NCBI GenBank assembly: GCA_020849895.1
Contig: JADZFN010000020.1
Span: forward strand, 18,314-82,313
Origin: Verrucomicrobiia bacterium
GTDB taxonomy: Bacteria > Verrucomicrobiota > Verrucomicrobiia > JABWAM01
Reading direction: 5' to 3'
Length of the DNA stretch: 64,000 bases
The notes below the pieces were generated by a model. It did no database searches. It saw nothing but the letters and a program-made list of their open reading frames with translations, and was not told the origin of the DNA. Made by a program: the position numbers and the translations under genes. Below, in pieces: positions 16,833 through 25,176 of this stretch; the first letter of the stretch is position 1; each line of letters begins with the position of its first letter.

Positions 16833-18104
16833 ATGAGCTGGGCCATCCGCATCGAAAACGTGGGCAAAACGTTCCGCCGGGGCGAGCGCGGGCCGATCAG
16901 CCGCAATTTCCGAGAATCCCTCCAGCGTCAGGCCGGCAAATGGATCCGCGCGGTGAATCCCGCCTCGTGGGTCCATTCTCGCAACGAAGAAGAGAGGATG
17001 TTCTGGGCGCTCCGCGAGGTGAGCGCCGAGATTGCCGAGGGAGAGATCGTAGCGATCATCGGTCCCAACGGCGCCGGCAAGTCCACTCTCTTGAAAATCC
17101 TTTCCCGCATCACGCCGCCGGCCGCCGGCGTCATCCGTTACCGAGGCCGCCTCGCCTCGCTTCTCGAGGTGGGCACCGGCTTCCACCGCGAGCTTACCGG
17201 CCGGGAGAACATCTATCTCAACGGCTCCATCCTCGGCATGACGCGCCGAGAAATTACCGGCAAGCTCGACGAGATCGTCGAGTTCTCCGGCGTCGGCAAG
17301 TTTCTCGACACGCCCGTAAAGTTCTATTCGAGCGGCATGTATGTGCGTCTCGCGTTCGCCGTGGCCGCACATCTCGAGACCGACATCCTCCTCGTGGACG
17401 AGGTGCTCGCCGTGGGCGACGCGGAGTTCCAGAAGCGCTGCACACGACGGATGAGCGACGTCGCGAAGGACGGACGCACCGTGCTCCTCGTCAGTCACAA
17501 CATGGGCGTCGTCCAGACCAATTGCGCCCGGGGCATCCTCCTCCGCGAGGGGCGGATCGTCCACGACGGCCCCGTCCAGGACGTGGTACGCGACTATCTT
17601 GCCTCGTTGAGCCCCGTCGGCGCCGGCCTCGACATCTCGGAGGCGCATCCACGCGCCGGTTCGGGCGCCTTTCGTGTGAGAGGCGTGCGCTTCTCCGACG
17701 CGAAAGGCGACCTCGCTCAGCTCGTGTGCGGCCAGGCCGGGCGCATCCGCCTCGAGATCGAGGCGAAGGAGAGCGCCCTGCCGATTCGCGACGCCAACAT
17801 CGCGCTCACCCTCTACACCATGGACGGCTTCCGCCTCTGCAACCTCTGGAGCCGGGCCAGCGGAGGCTCCTTCCGCATCGACCGGACGTGCGTCATCTGC
17901 GAGGTGGAACTGCCACGCGTACCGTTTCGAGCCGGCGAGTATCGTCTTGAGATTTTTGCGGACGGTGGAGGCGAGGTCTGCGACTGGATCGAAAACGCCG
18001 GCAGCATGGAGATCGCCGAAGGCGATTTTTACGGTACGGGGATAACCACCCATTCCGATCAGGGGCCGTTTTTCTGCGAGCACCGCTGGAGAACAATCTC
18101 CTAA
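16833..18104 (+). CDS. ABC polysaccharide/O-antigen exporter ATP-binding protein (Wzt/KpsT/TagH family) with an extra C-terminal domain of roughly 180 aa (Wzt_C-like). Start reassigned to ATG 16833 (MSWAIRIENVGKTF).
   Basis: Walker A GPNGAGKST, signature YSSGMYVRLAF, Walker B LLVDEVLAVGD. The tracked ORF start at 16647 overlaps the permease, while the internal ATG gives a canonical NBD N-terminus. The C-terminal extension (...RVRGVRFSDAKGDLAQ...RLEIFADGGGEV...) resembles Wzt carbohydrate-binding domains. Confidence 0.8.
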   Translation: MSWAIRIENVGKTFRRGERGPISRNFRESLQRQAGKWIRAVNPASWVHSRNEEERMFWALREVSAEIAEGEIVAIIGPNGAGKSTLLKILSRITPPAAGVIRYRGRLASLLEVGTGFHRELTGRENIYLNGSILGMTRREITGKLDEIVEFSGVGKFLDTPVKFYSSGMYVRLAFAVAAHLETDILLVDEVLAVGDAEFQKRCTRRMSDVAKDGRTVLLVSHNMGVVQTNCARGILLREGRIVHDGPVQDVVRDYLASLSPVGAGLDISEAHPRAGSGAFRVRGVRFSDAKGDLAQLVCGQAGRIRLEIEAKESALPIRDANIALTLYTMDGFRLCNLWSRASGGSFRIDRTCVICEVELPRVPFRAGEYRLEIFADGGGEVCDWIENAGSMEIAEGDFYGTGITTHSDQGPFFCEHRWRTIS

Positions 18105-18119
18105 TCCGAGCCCGCGTCC

Positions 18120-18818
18120 ATGCCGGTCAGCAACCCTTATCAGCTTCCCTTCGTGCTGGACGCCGCCGCACGGAGTGCGCCGGCGCGCGTGCTCGATGTC
18201 GGCATCGGCCTCGGCCTCGTCGGCGCTGCTCTACGCCAGTATCTCGAAGTCTGCGCCGGACGCCTCGAACGCCACGAGTGGCGCTGCCGGATCGAGGGGA
18301 TCGAGATCCATCCGCCCTACCGGACGCCTCTCTGGGATTGGGCCTACGATGCCGTGCATCTCGGGGATGCCCGGGAAATTCTGCCGCGACTCGGCAAGTT
18401 CGATCTCCTCCTCGCCTGCGACGTGATCGAGCACTTCCCGAAAGAGGAGGGGCGGGCGTTTCTCGAGACCTGCCTGACCGCTGCCCGTTTTGTCATCGTG
18501 ACGTCGCCGGTCGGACGTTACGAGCAGGGGACCGTATTCGGGAACCCGCACGAGGCGCACCTGAGCGAATGGAGCCGCAAGGATTTTCGCATCTGGCCGA
18601 ACCACTACGTCGAGGCGCGAGGCACGTTCATGGCGACGCTCGCGCGGGAACGCGGCGACCTCCTCCGCCTCGGCTTGCGGACGTTGCCGCGCCTGAACCG
18701 ATCCGCCTCCCAGGCCGCGCGCGACTTCGCCGCTGCGGCGGGGCTCGGCCCGTTCGCCCGCCGCGCGCGCCGCGCCCTCCTCGCGTGCGCGGGGCGGAGA
18801 CGCGCGGCACCCCCATGA
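18120..18818 (+). CDS. Class I SAM-dependent methyltransferase
   Basis: VLDVGIGLG (motif I) ... LLACDVIEHFP (motif II/III region). 232 aa. Confidence 0.7.
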   Translation: MPVSNPYQLPFVLDAAARSAPARVLDVGIGLGLVGAALRQYLEVCAGRLERHEWRCRIEGIEIHPPYRTPLWDWAYDAVHLGDAREILPRLGKFDLLLACDVIEHFPKEEGRAFLETCLTAARFVIVTSPVGRYEQGTVFGNPHEAHLSEWSRKDFRIWPNHYVEARGTFMATLARERGDLLRLGLRTLPRLNRSASQAARDFAAAAGLGPFARRARRALLACAGRRRAAPP

Positions 18819-20017
18819 AGCCGTTTCGGATCGGCTTGCTCACACATTCGTTCCACCGCCGCTCCGCCGCGGGGCTTCGGTGCTGGCACCTTGGACGCGC
18901 CCTCGCGCGCGAAGGCGCGGACCTGCGCGTCTATTGCACGGAGGGCGAGACGCCCTCGGACCTTGGCGAGGCATCCTGCGCGGTGCGTGAAATCGGCGTC
19001 GTTCCCCGAGGTTTTGCCGACCGTGCGGACACGCTGGCTCGAGTGCTCCACGCGCGGTTCGGCTGGACGCCGCCGCTGGTCGTCACCTTTCACGCCAAGC
19101 TGCGACGGCGTGCGCCGATTCTCCGCGCGGCGTTCGACGCGGTCCGGCGCGCAGAGGAGAGACGCCCGCACGATTTTCTGCTCGCCGTCTGGCCGGACTT
19201 CGAGTGGGCGGACGCGGCGCGGAGCGTCGCGCGCGTGTATCGGATGCCTTTCGCAGTGGAGTTTCAGGACCCCTGGATGCACTTCTATCCGCCGGGTGTG
19301 CGCCCGCATGCGCTCGGCGCGTTGCGGCGCGTTCTCGACGGCGCGGCCTTTACGCTCAACGTGTGCGAGGCGTGGTGTGCGAGAGACACCCGCGACTTCG
19401 GCCTGCGTTCCGTCTGCATCCCGACCGGTTTTTGGGAGCGTCCGCGTCCCTCCCGCGACGGAGACCCCCGGCGCTCCCTCCGCCTCGCCTACGCCGGCTC
19501 CCTCTGGTACTTCGACCTCGCCCCGCTGGTGAAAGGATTGCGTCTCGCCCGGGACGCGGGCGTGGACTGGCGCTTCGCGTATGCCGGAGACGATGAGGCG
19601 CTCGTGCGCGGCGCCTTCGAGGCCGAAGGGATCGCCGACCAGCTCGAGACGCGCGGACGGGTGACGCCCGAGGACGCCCTCGATGCCATCTCCGCCGCCG
19701 ACGCTCTCCCGCTGTTCACGTTGCCCTCCAAGCCCTCCACATTCGGTTTCAAGTTCGCCGAAGTGGTGTCGCGCGGTCTGCCGGTGCTGCTCATCGGGCC
19801 GGACGATCCCGTGCTCCGCGAGGCGATCGCCGCGCGCGCGCGCCTGCACGCGTGTCCGGACGCGGCTGCAGTCGCCGCGGCGCTGGCCGAGCTGGCGCGC
19901 GCGCGCCCGATCCGGCCGCAACCGCATCCTTCCGTGGCCGAATGGACCTGGCCGGCGCTCGCGCGACGGCTGCTGGGAGAAATGCGGGTGGCCGCCTTCG
20001 ACCGGAAAAAGGCGTGA
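18815..20017 (+). CDS. Glycosyltransferase (GT-B fold, GT4-like). Start reassigned to ATG 18815 (MKPFRIGLLTHSF...), which overlaps the upstream stop (ATGA).
   Basis: The N-terminal MKPFRIGLLTHSFHRRSAAGL is a typical GT4 N-terminus. A C-terminal ...PSKPSTFGFKFAEVVSRGLPVLL EX7E-like region is present. The tracked ORF start at 18278 lies inside the preceding gene. Confidence 0.65.
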   Translation: MKPFRIGLLTHSFHRRSAAGLRCWHLGRALAREGADLRVYCTEGETPSDLGEASCAVREIGVVPRGFADRADTLARVLHARFGWTPPLVVTFHAKLRRRAPILRAAFDAVRRAEERRPHDFLLAVWPDFEWADAARSVARVYRMPFAVEFQDPWMHFYPPGVRPHALGALRRVLDGAAFTLNVCEAWCARDTRDFGLRSVCIPTGFWERPRPSRDGDPRRSLRLAYAGSLWYFDLAPLVKGLRLARDAGVDWRFAYAGDDEALVRGAFEAEGIADQLETRGRVTPEDALDAISAADALPLFTLPSKPSTFGFKFAEVVSRGLPVLLIGPDDPVLREAIAARARLHACPDAAAVAAALAELARARPIRPQPHPSVAEWTWPALARRLLGEMRVAAFDRKKA

Positions 20018-20856
20018 GCACGCTTTCGGTCATCATCCCGGCCTACAACGCCGCGCCATTCCTGGCGCAGGCGGTCCTCAGCCTCGTCGCCCAGCGTCGC
20101 CGGCCGGACGAGGTGGTGATCGTGAACGACGCGAGCACCGACGGGACGCGGCGGGTACTGGAACGGCTGCGGCGGAAGACGAAGCAATTCGCGATCATCG
20201 CCGCCGAGAACGCGGAGAACCTCGGCGGCGGCGCGACGCGCAATCGCGCGGTCGCCCTCGCGAAGGGCGACTATCTGTTTTGCCTCGATGCGGACAACCT
20301 TCTGCTTCCCGACACACTGCACCTCTTTCTGGAGCGCGCGGAACAGGCGCGCGCGATGGAGGGACGGCCCGCCGTGATCTGTTCCGAGGCGCTGCAGTTC
20401 TTCCGGGACCGGTTCCTCGTGCCCCGCCTGAATTGGGTTCGGATCGGCAAACGGCTCGGCGAACGGTGGGAGTTTTTCAACCTTTCGCGCACCGCCATCC
20501 TGACGAACCCGGTCTCGCCAGCCTCGAGCGGCAACTACCTCTACCATCGCGAAATCTTCGAACGATCGGGCGGCTACGCGGAGGACTGTGGCGCTTACGA
20601 CGCCTGGGTCTTCGGCGTCCGCAATTGCCTTGCGGGATATCCTTTCCTGGCCGTGCCCGGGGTCAGCTACCTTCATCGTCTGCATCCGCGAAGCTACTGG
20701 GAGCAGGACATCCTGAAGGACAACCGCCGCGATCATATGATGAGAGCTTTCGGCAATTTCCGCCACGTTTACACCGAGGAGACGTTTGACTACCTTCAGG
20801 CGGTGAGGCGGATCGGCAGACTCGATTGGTCGAGGCTCAAGCTTCGCGTCTCCTGA
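20014..20856 (+). CDS. Glycosyltransferase family 2. The GTG start at 20014 overlaps the upstream stop (GTGA).
   Basis: VSTLSVIIPAYNAAPFLAQAVLSLVAQ...VIVNDASTDGT (GT2 DXD-containing Rossmann N-terminus), then ...CLDADN. Confidence 0.8.
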   Translation: MSTLSVIIPAYNAAPFLAQAVLSLVAQRRRPDEVVIVNDASTDGTRRVLERLRRKTKQFAIIAAENAENLGGGATRNRAVALAKGDYLFCLDADNLLLPDTLHLFLERAEQARAMEGRPAVICSEALQFFRDRFLVPRLNWVRIGKRLGERWEFFNLSRTAILTNPVSPASSGNYLYHREIFERSGGYAEDCGAYDAWVFGVRNCLAGYPFLAVPGVSYLHRLHPRSYWEQDILKDNRRDHMMRAFGNFRHVYTEETFDYLQAVRRIGRLDWSRLKLRVS

Positions 20857-20869
20857 AACCGTCCATTCC

Positions 20870-21532
20870 TTGGAAACCTCGCCTCAGATTCCCCGCGGCG
20901 CGCGCCTCCACCTCGGCTGTGGAGGACAGCCCCTGCCGGGTTACGTCAACATTGACACGCAACCGTCGGACCGCCAACCGCGACCCAAGGCCGACATATT
21001 CACGGATTTTACCCGACTCTCTCTCTCCGCGGGCCACGTCTCCGAGATCCGCCTCCACCACGTCTTCGAACATTTCCGGAAGGGAGAGGCCGCGGCGCTG
21101 CTCGCGCGGTTCAACGAGTGGCTCCAGCCCGACGGCGCCCTTTGTGTCGAGGTGCCGGATTTCGGCGACACGTCCCTCTATTATCTCCTTACCGGCGACC
21201 TTCGCGCCATCCGTCATCTCGCGGGGTCTCAGGAGGCCTCGTGGGCCACGCACCATGAGCTGTGGGATGCGCGCCAGCTCCGTCGCGCACTTGATCTTTT
21301 CGGTTTCGGGCGCATCGCGTTGCGGCGGAACCGCGCGTGGTTCCGGCGGTCGCGGCGGAAATGGTGGTGCAACCTCACCGCTCTGGCACGCAAGGAGCGC
21401 TCTCTCGAGCCGGAGGAGGCGCGTCGGGCCGCCGAGGCGTTCTTCGAGCCGTACCTCGTCAATCGCGAGATCGAGCTTTCCGCCTGGCTCGGACACTTCG
21501 ACGCGATGATGGGGCGAGGACGCGGACCGTGA
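20870..21532 (+). CDS. Class I SAM-dependent methyltransferase (Methyltransf_11-like). TTG start.
   Basis: LHLGCGGQPLPGYVNID (motif I) ... LCVEVPD. 220 aa. Confidence 0.65.
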   Translation: METSPQIPRGARLHLGCGGQPLPGYVNIDTQPSDRQPRPKADIFTDFTRLSLSAGHVSEIRLHHVFEHFRKGEAAALLARFNEWLQPDGALCVEVPDFGDTSLYYLLTGDLRAIRHLAGSQEASWATHHELWDARQLRRALDLFGFGRIALRRNRAWFRRSRRKWWCNLTALARKERSLEPEEARRAAEAFFEPYLVNREIELSAWLGHFDAMMGRGRGP

Positions 21533-22716
21533 GAGTCCTGCTCTGCTCGTTCAGCCGGCCGTTCCCGCAGAGCGACGGTCCATGGCCTCTCTGGACGCCC
21601 CCCTTCCGCGAAGGCCTTGAGGCCTGCGGATGCGAAGTGGTCGAGCCGAAGACGGTGGATCTCATCGAGCCGTTTTTGCGCCGCGCGGACACGGACTGGA
21701 TCCTCCGGAATCGTTCTGCGCTCGCGGGCCGGCTCCTCGACGAGGTCCGTCGCCTTCACCGGGAGAAGCCTCTCGATCTCATCTTCACCTACTTCTGGGA
21801 GTTCCAGGTGGATGCCGCGGGGATGCGCGCGATCACCGACCTCGGGATCCCCACGGTGAATTTCTTCTGCGACAACGTGCGCGAGTTTTCGAGCGTCGAA
21901 CCGCTGGTGCGCAGCTTCACCCTCAACTGGGTTCCCGAAGTCGGCGCGCTGCCTCTCTACCGGCGGGCCGGAGCCCCGCACGTCCATCTCCCGATGTCCG
22001 CTTCGCCCTCGCGGTTCCCCTTCGAGGAACGGCCCGAGAAACGGCGCGTGGTCTTCATCGGCTCCGCCGATGTGGTGCGCCGCCATCTGCTCGACCAGGT
22101 GCGCGACCGCCTGCCGCTCCGCGTCGGAGGAGAGGGATGGGCGCCCGCGGCGACGGGCGAGGGCGCGCCCTCCGGCGCGCCGCGGCGTTCCTTCGCCGAT
22201 CTTGCCGGGACCCTTGCGAGCCACGCAGCCAGGGTCCTGCGTCACGGGCCGCGTGCGGAATGGAACCATTTCGAGCAGAAGCGCGTGGAGCTCCGTCTGG
22301 CCGGCCGCTTCGCCGATCTCGCCCTCGACACGCGCAAGTCCTCTGCGATGCTCGAGGCCTTCTGGGACAGCGCGGTGACTCTCGGCATCAACCGTTTCCC
22401 CACGCCCGAGGCGCCTCTCGAACGACCACGCTGCTACTCGCGGCTGCGCGACCTCGAGGCCCCCATGGCGGGCGCAGCCTACCTCACCGAGCGGACGGAG
22501 GACCTTCCGCATCTGTTCGAGGAGGGGAAAGAAGTGCTCGCGTATCGGACCGCCGACGAACTCGTCGCGCAGGCGGAACGCATGCTGGAAGATCCCGCGC
22601 TCCGTCGTCGCTTGCGGCGGGAAGGCCGCCGCCGCGCCCTCGCAGAACACACCTGGGAACGGCGCTTCCGCGACCTCTTCCGCCATCTCGGCCTGAAACC
22701 TCCCCGCGTTCCGTGA
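21529..22716 (+). CDS. Glycosyltransferase family 1 / CgeB-like (DUF3880 + Glyco_trans_1_2). The GTG start at 21529 overlaps the upstream stop (GTGA).
   Basis: Central ...RRVVFIGSAD... and C-terminal ...EVLAYRTADELVAQAERMLEDPALRRRLRREGRRRALAEHTWERRFRDLF, characteristic of the CgeB/GT1 C-terminus. Confidence 0.6.
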   Translation: MRVLLCSFSRPFPQSDGPWPLWTPPFREGLEACGCEVVEPKTVDLIEPFLRRADTDWILRNRSALAGRLLDEVRRLHREKPLDLIFTYFWEFQVDAAGMRAITDLGIPTVNFFCDNVREFSSVEPLVRSFTLNWVPEVGALPLYRRAGAPHVHLPMSASPSRFPFEERPEKRRVVFIGSADVVRRHLLDQVRDRLPLRVGGEGWAPAATGEGAPSGAPRRSFADLAGTLASHAARVLRHGPRAEWNHFEQKRVELRLAGRFADLALDTRKSSAMLEAFWDSAVTLGINRFPTPEAPLERPRCYSRLRDLEAPMAGAAYLTERTEDLPHLFEEGKEVLAYRTADELVAQAERMLEDPALRRRLRREGRRRALAEHTWERRFRDLFRHLGLKPPRVP

Positions 22717-23675
22717 AACATCTCCGTCACGCCATCGTCGCTGCGGCTTGGGCCGTTTCCCGGGCGTTCCTTCGCGTCCTGCCTGCGCGCGCGTTGCGGG
22801 CGTTCCTCACCGAGTGCGCGCGAAATCCCGACGCGGCGGACCGTGCGGGGTTTCATGTCCGCCGCGCCGGATTCAGCGAACCGCTGCCGGATTTCACCGC
22901 GCTCGAGGCGCGAGACTTCGAGAGCCCGCGTTGGGCGCATGGATTGGACTGGAGGGACGCGACGCAAGAAGCCCTTCTGCGGAAACTGGCGAAGCGCGTC
23001 GAGGAACTCGACGCGCTCGAAACCGAGGCCGCGCCCTTCCGCTTCGACAATGGGTTCTACGGTGGCGCCGATGCCGCGGCGTTCTTCCTCCTCCTGCGCG
23101 ATCTGAAGCCCCGCCGCCTTGTCGAGGTGGGTTCGGGGTTCTCGACGCGCGTGGCGCAAGCCGCCCTTCGTCGCAATGCGCGCGAGGGCGCGCCGGCCGA
23201 GGAGCATGTCTGTCTCGAACCCTTTCCGAACGAACGCACGGCCGGACTCTCTGAGGGCGTTCGCTTTCTGAGAAGCGCCGCCGAAGACGCGCCCGAGGAG
23301 CTTTTCCTCGGTTTGCGGGGCGGAGACGTGCTCTTTGTAGATTCCTCGCATACGGTTCGTCCTTTCGGAGACGTCCCGCGCCTCGTCCTCGATCTTCTGC
23401 CTCGCCTGCATCCCGGGGTATGGGTCCATTTTCACGACATCTTTCTTCCATGGGATTACCCGAGAACGTGGGTGGTGCGGGAGCGACGCATCTGGACGGA
23501 GCAATATCTGCTCGAAGCCTTCCTTTCCGAAAACCCGAACTTGGAAATCGTGCTGGCGATGTACCGTCTCCATCGAGCGGCCGATATGCCGCTGCGCGCC
23601 CTTGGATTCCGTGACGGGATCGGCCATCCTCCCTGCGCCTTCTGGATGAGGCGCCGCGAAACCGCAACCTCATGA
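22713..23675 (+). CDS. Class I SAM-dependent methyltransferase of the TylF/MycF/CmcI-like group (Methyltransf_24). The GTG start at 22713 overlaps the upstream stop (GTGA).
   Basis: ...LVEVGSGFST... , ...DVLFVDSSHTVRPFGDVPRLVLDLLPRLHPGVWVHFHDIFLPWDYP (the macrocin-O-methyltransferase-like metal-binding region). Confidence 0.65.
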   Translation: MKHLRHAIVAAAWAVSRAFLRVLPARALRAFLTECARNPDAADRAGFHVRRAGFSEPLPDFTALEARDFESPRWAHGLDWRDATQEALLRKLAKRVEELDALETEAAPFRFDNGFYGGADAAAFFLLLRDLKPRRLVEVGSGFSTRVAQAALRRNAREGAPAEEHVCLEPFPNERTAGLSEGVRFLRSAAEDAPEELFLGLRGGDVLFVDSSHTVRPFGDVPRLVLDLLPRLHPGVWVHFHDIFLPWDYPRTWVVRERRIWTEQYLLEAFLSENPNLEIVLAMYRLHRAADMPLRALGFRDGIGHPPCAFWMRRRETATS

Positions 23676-24505
23676 CCCTGTCCTCGGTCCCGAGGCGTCT
23701 CGCCCTCGCCCTGCTCCCGCGCCGCCTCTGGTTTGCGCTCCGCGGCGTCCACCGCGCGTGGACCGGGAGGCTGTCCGGGATCTGGCACCGTCGCCTTCTC
23801 GCGCGCCTCGGAGGAACGGTGCAAAGCGGTCCCTTTCGCGGAATGCGCTACGTGGAGGAGTCGGTGGGGAGTTCGTTTCTCCCGAAGCTTCTCGGCACTT
23901 ACGAGCTCGAACTGCATCCCGCCCTCGAGAAGCTGCGCGTGAACGATTTCGACCTCGTCGTGGACGTCGGCGCGGCGGAGGGTTGGTATGCCGTGGGAGC
24001 GACGCTCCTGTGGCCGAGCGCGCGCGTGATCGCTTTCGAGACCCACGCCGTGGGCCGCCTCCTCTGCGCCGAGCTCGCGTCGCGCAACGGCGCGAAAAGA
24101 CGCGTCGAGATCCATGGTTTCGCTGACCTTCTCTCGTTCCGCGCCATCCTCAATGGCGCGGCGGCGGAGCGGACGCTGGTGATCATGGACGTCGAGGGCG
24201 CGGAAATCGTCCTGCTCGATCCCGTGGCGGCGCCCGAGCTTTCCCACACCGCGATCCTCGTGGAGTGCCACGACGAGAAGGGGAACCCGGTTGCCGCGAC
24301 CTTGCGTTCCCGCTTCGCCGCCTCTCACGAGGTGGAAACCGTCCCGAGCCGGGCGAGGAGCGTCGGGGACTTTCCCCTTCCGGATCGGCCGCCGCTCGGG
24401 TGGGCTGTGCCGCTGCTCACCGCGATGGCGGAGCATCGCCCCCGCCGGATGGAATGGCTCGTGATGCTTCCTCGCGCCGGGGCCGCGGAGAGGAGGAGCC
24501 CATGA
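23672..24505 (+). CDS. FkbM-family methyltransferase. The ATG overlaps the upstream stop (ATGA).
   Basis: ...VVDVGAAEGWYAVGA...RVIAFE...VIMDVEGAEIVLL... matches the FkbM domain pattern. Confidence 0.7.
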   Translation: MTLSSVPRRLALALLPRRLWFALRGVHRAWTGRLSGIWHRRLLARLGGTVQSGPFRGMRYVEESVGSSFLPKLLGTYELELHPALEKLRVNDFDLVVDVGAAEGWYAVGATLLWPSARVIAFETHAVGRLLCAELASRNGAKRRVEIHGFADLLSFRAILNGAAAERTLVIMDVEGAEIVLLDPVAAPELSHTAILVECHDEKGNPVAATLRSRFAASHEVETVPSRARSVGDFPLPDRPPLGWAVPLLTAMAEHRPRRMEWLVMLPRAGAAERRSP

Positions 24506-25161
24506 GCCGGCTCGGGCGGCTGCTGTGGGGGAAGATCACCCCGCGGCGCGTCCTGCTGCGGCTGGTGGAGGCGACGAACGCCCGCCTCGGGCGGCGCGCC
24601 CAAGGGAGGCTCTACTTCGAAGATCTCTACCGCGAACGCGACCCATGGAACTACGAAGAGAGCGCCTACGAGCAGGTCAAATACGCGAAGACGCTGGAAC
24701 TGCTGCCCCAGCCGCGTTTCCAGCGCGCCCTCGAAGTGGGATGCAGCATCGGGGTCTTCACACACCAGCTCGCCGCGAAGGCGGACGAGGTGATCGCCCT
24801 CGACATTTCGGCGCGCGCCTGCCGCCGGGCGCGGATGCGTTGCGCCGACCAGCCTCAGGTGCATATTCGCCGCGGCGACCTCGTCCACTTCGTGGACGCA
24901 GCCGGCTTCGACCTCATCCTCTGCGCGGAGATGCTTTACTATCTCTGGGATCGTCCGCGCGAGCGCGCGATCGTCGGCTCTCGACTCGGCGCACTCCTGC
25001 GCCCGGGCGGTTGGCTCGCACTCGTTTTCGGCGGGAGCGGCGTAGGACAGGACTGGGAAGGCGAACTCGAACGGCGCGCTGGATTGGTCCGCCACGAAAC
25101 CCGCTTCTTCGACGACCCCGTTCGCTCTTGGCGCTTCTCCCTCCTCCGCAAACCGGGTTGA
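24502..25161 (+). CDS. Class I SAM-dependent methyltransferase (NodS/Methyltransf_23-like). ATG 24502 follows the AGGAGGAG SD and overlaps the upstream stop (ATGA).
   Basis: ...ALEVGCSIGVFTHQLA...VIALDIS...FDLILCAEMLYYL... The tracked ORF start at 24265 lies inside the preceding gene. Confidence 0.7.
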   Translation: MSRLGRLLWGKITPRRVLLRLVEATNARLGRRAQGRLYFEDLYRERDPWNYEESAYEQVKYAKTLELLPQPRFQRALEVGCSIGVFTHQLAAKADEVIALDISARACRRARMRCADQPQVHIRRGDLVHFVDAAGFDLILCAEMLYYLWDRPRERAIVGSRLGALLRPGGWLALVFGGSGVGQDWEGELERRAGLVRHETRFFDDPVRSWRFSLLRKPG

Positions 25162-25176
25162 GCGGTGTGCGATCCT

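Noticed and set aside
16749-18083. 444-aa minus-strand ORF and 393-aa plus-strand alternate frame (16769..17950) over the Wzt gene
   Set aside because: The Wzt frame carries Walker A/B and the ABC signature. The alternates are Arg/Pro/Gly-rich GC artefacts.
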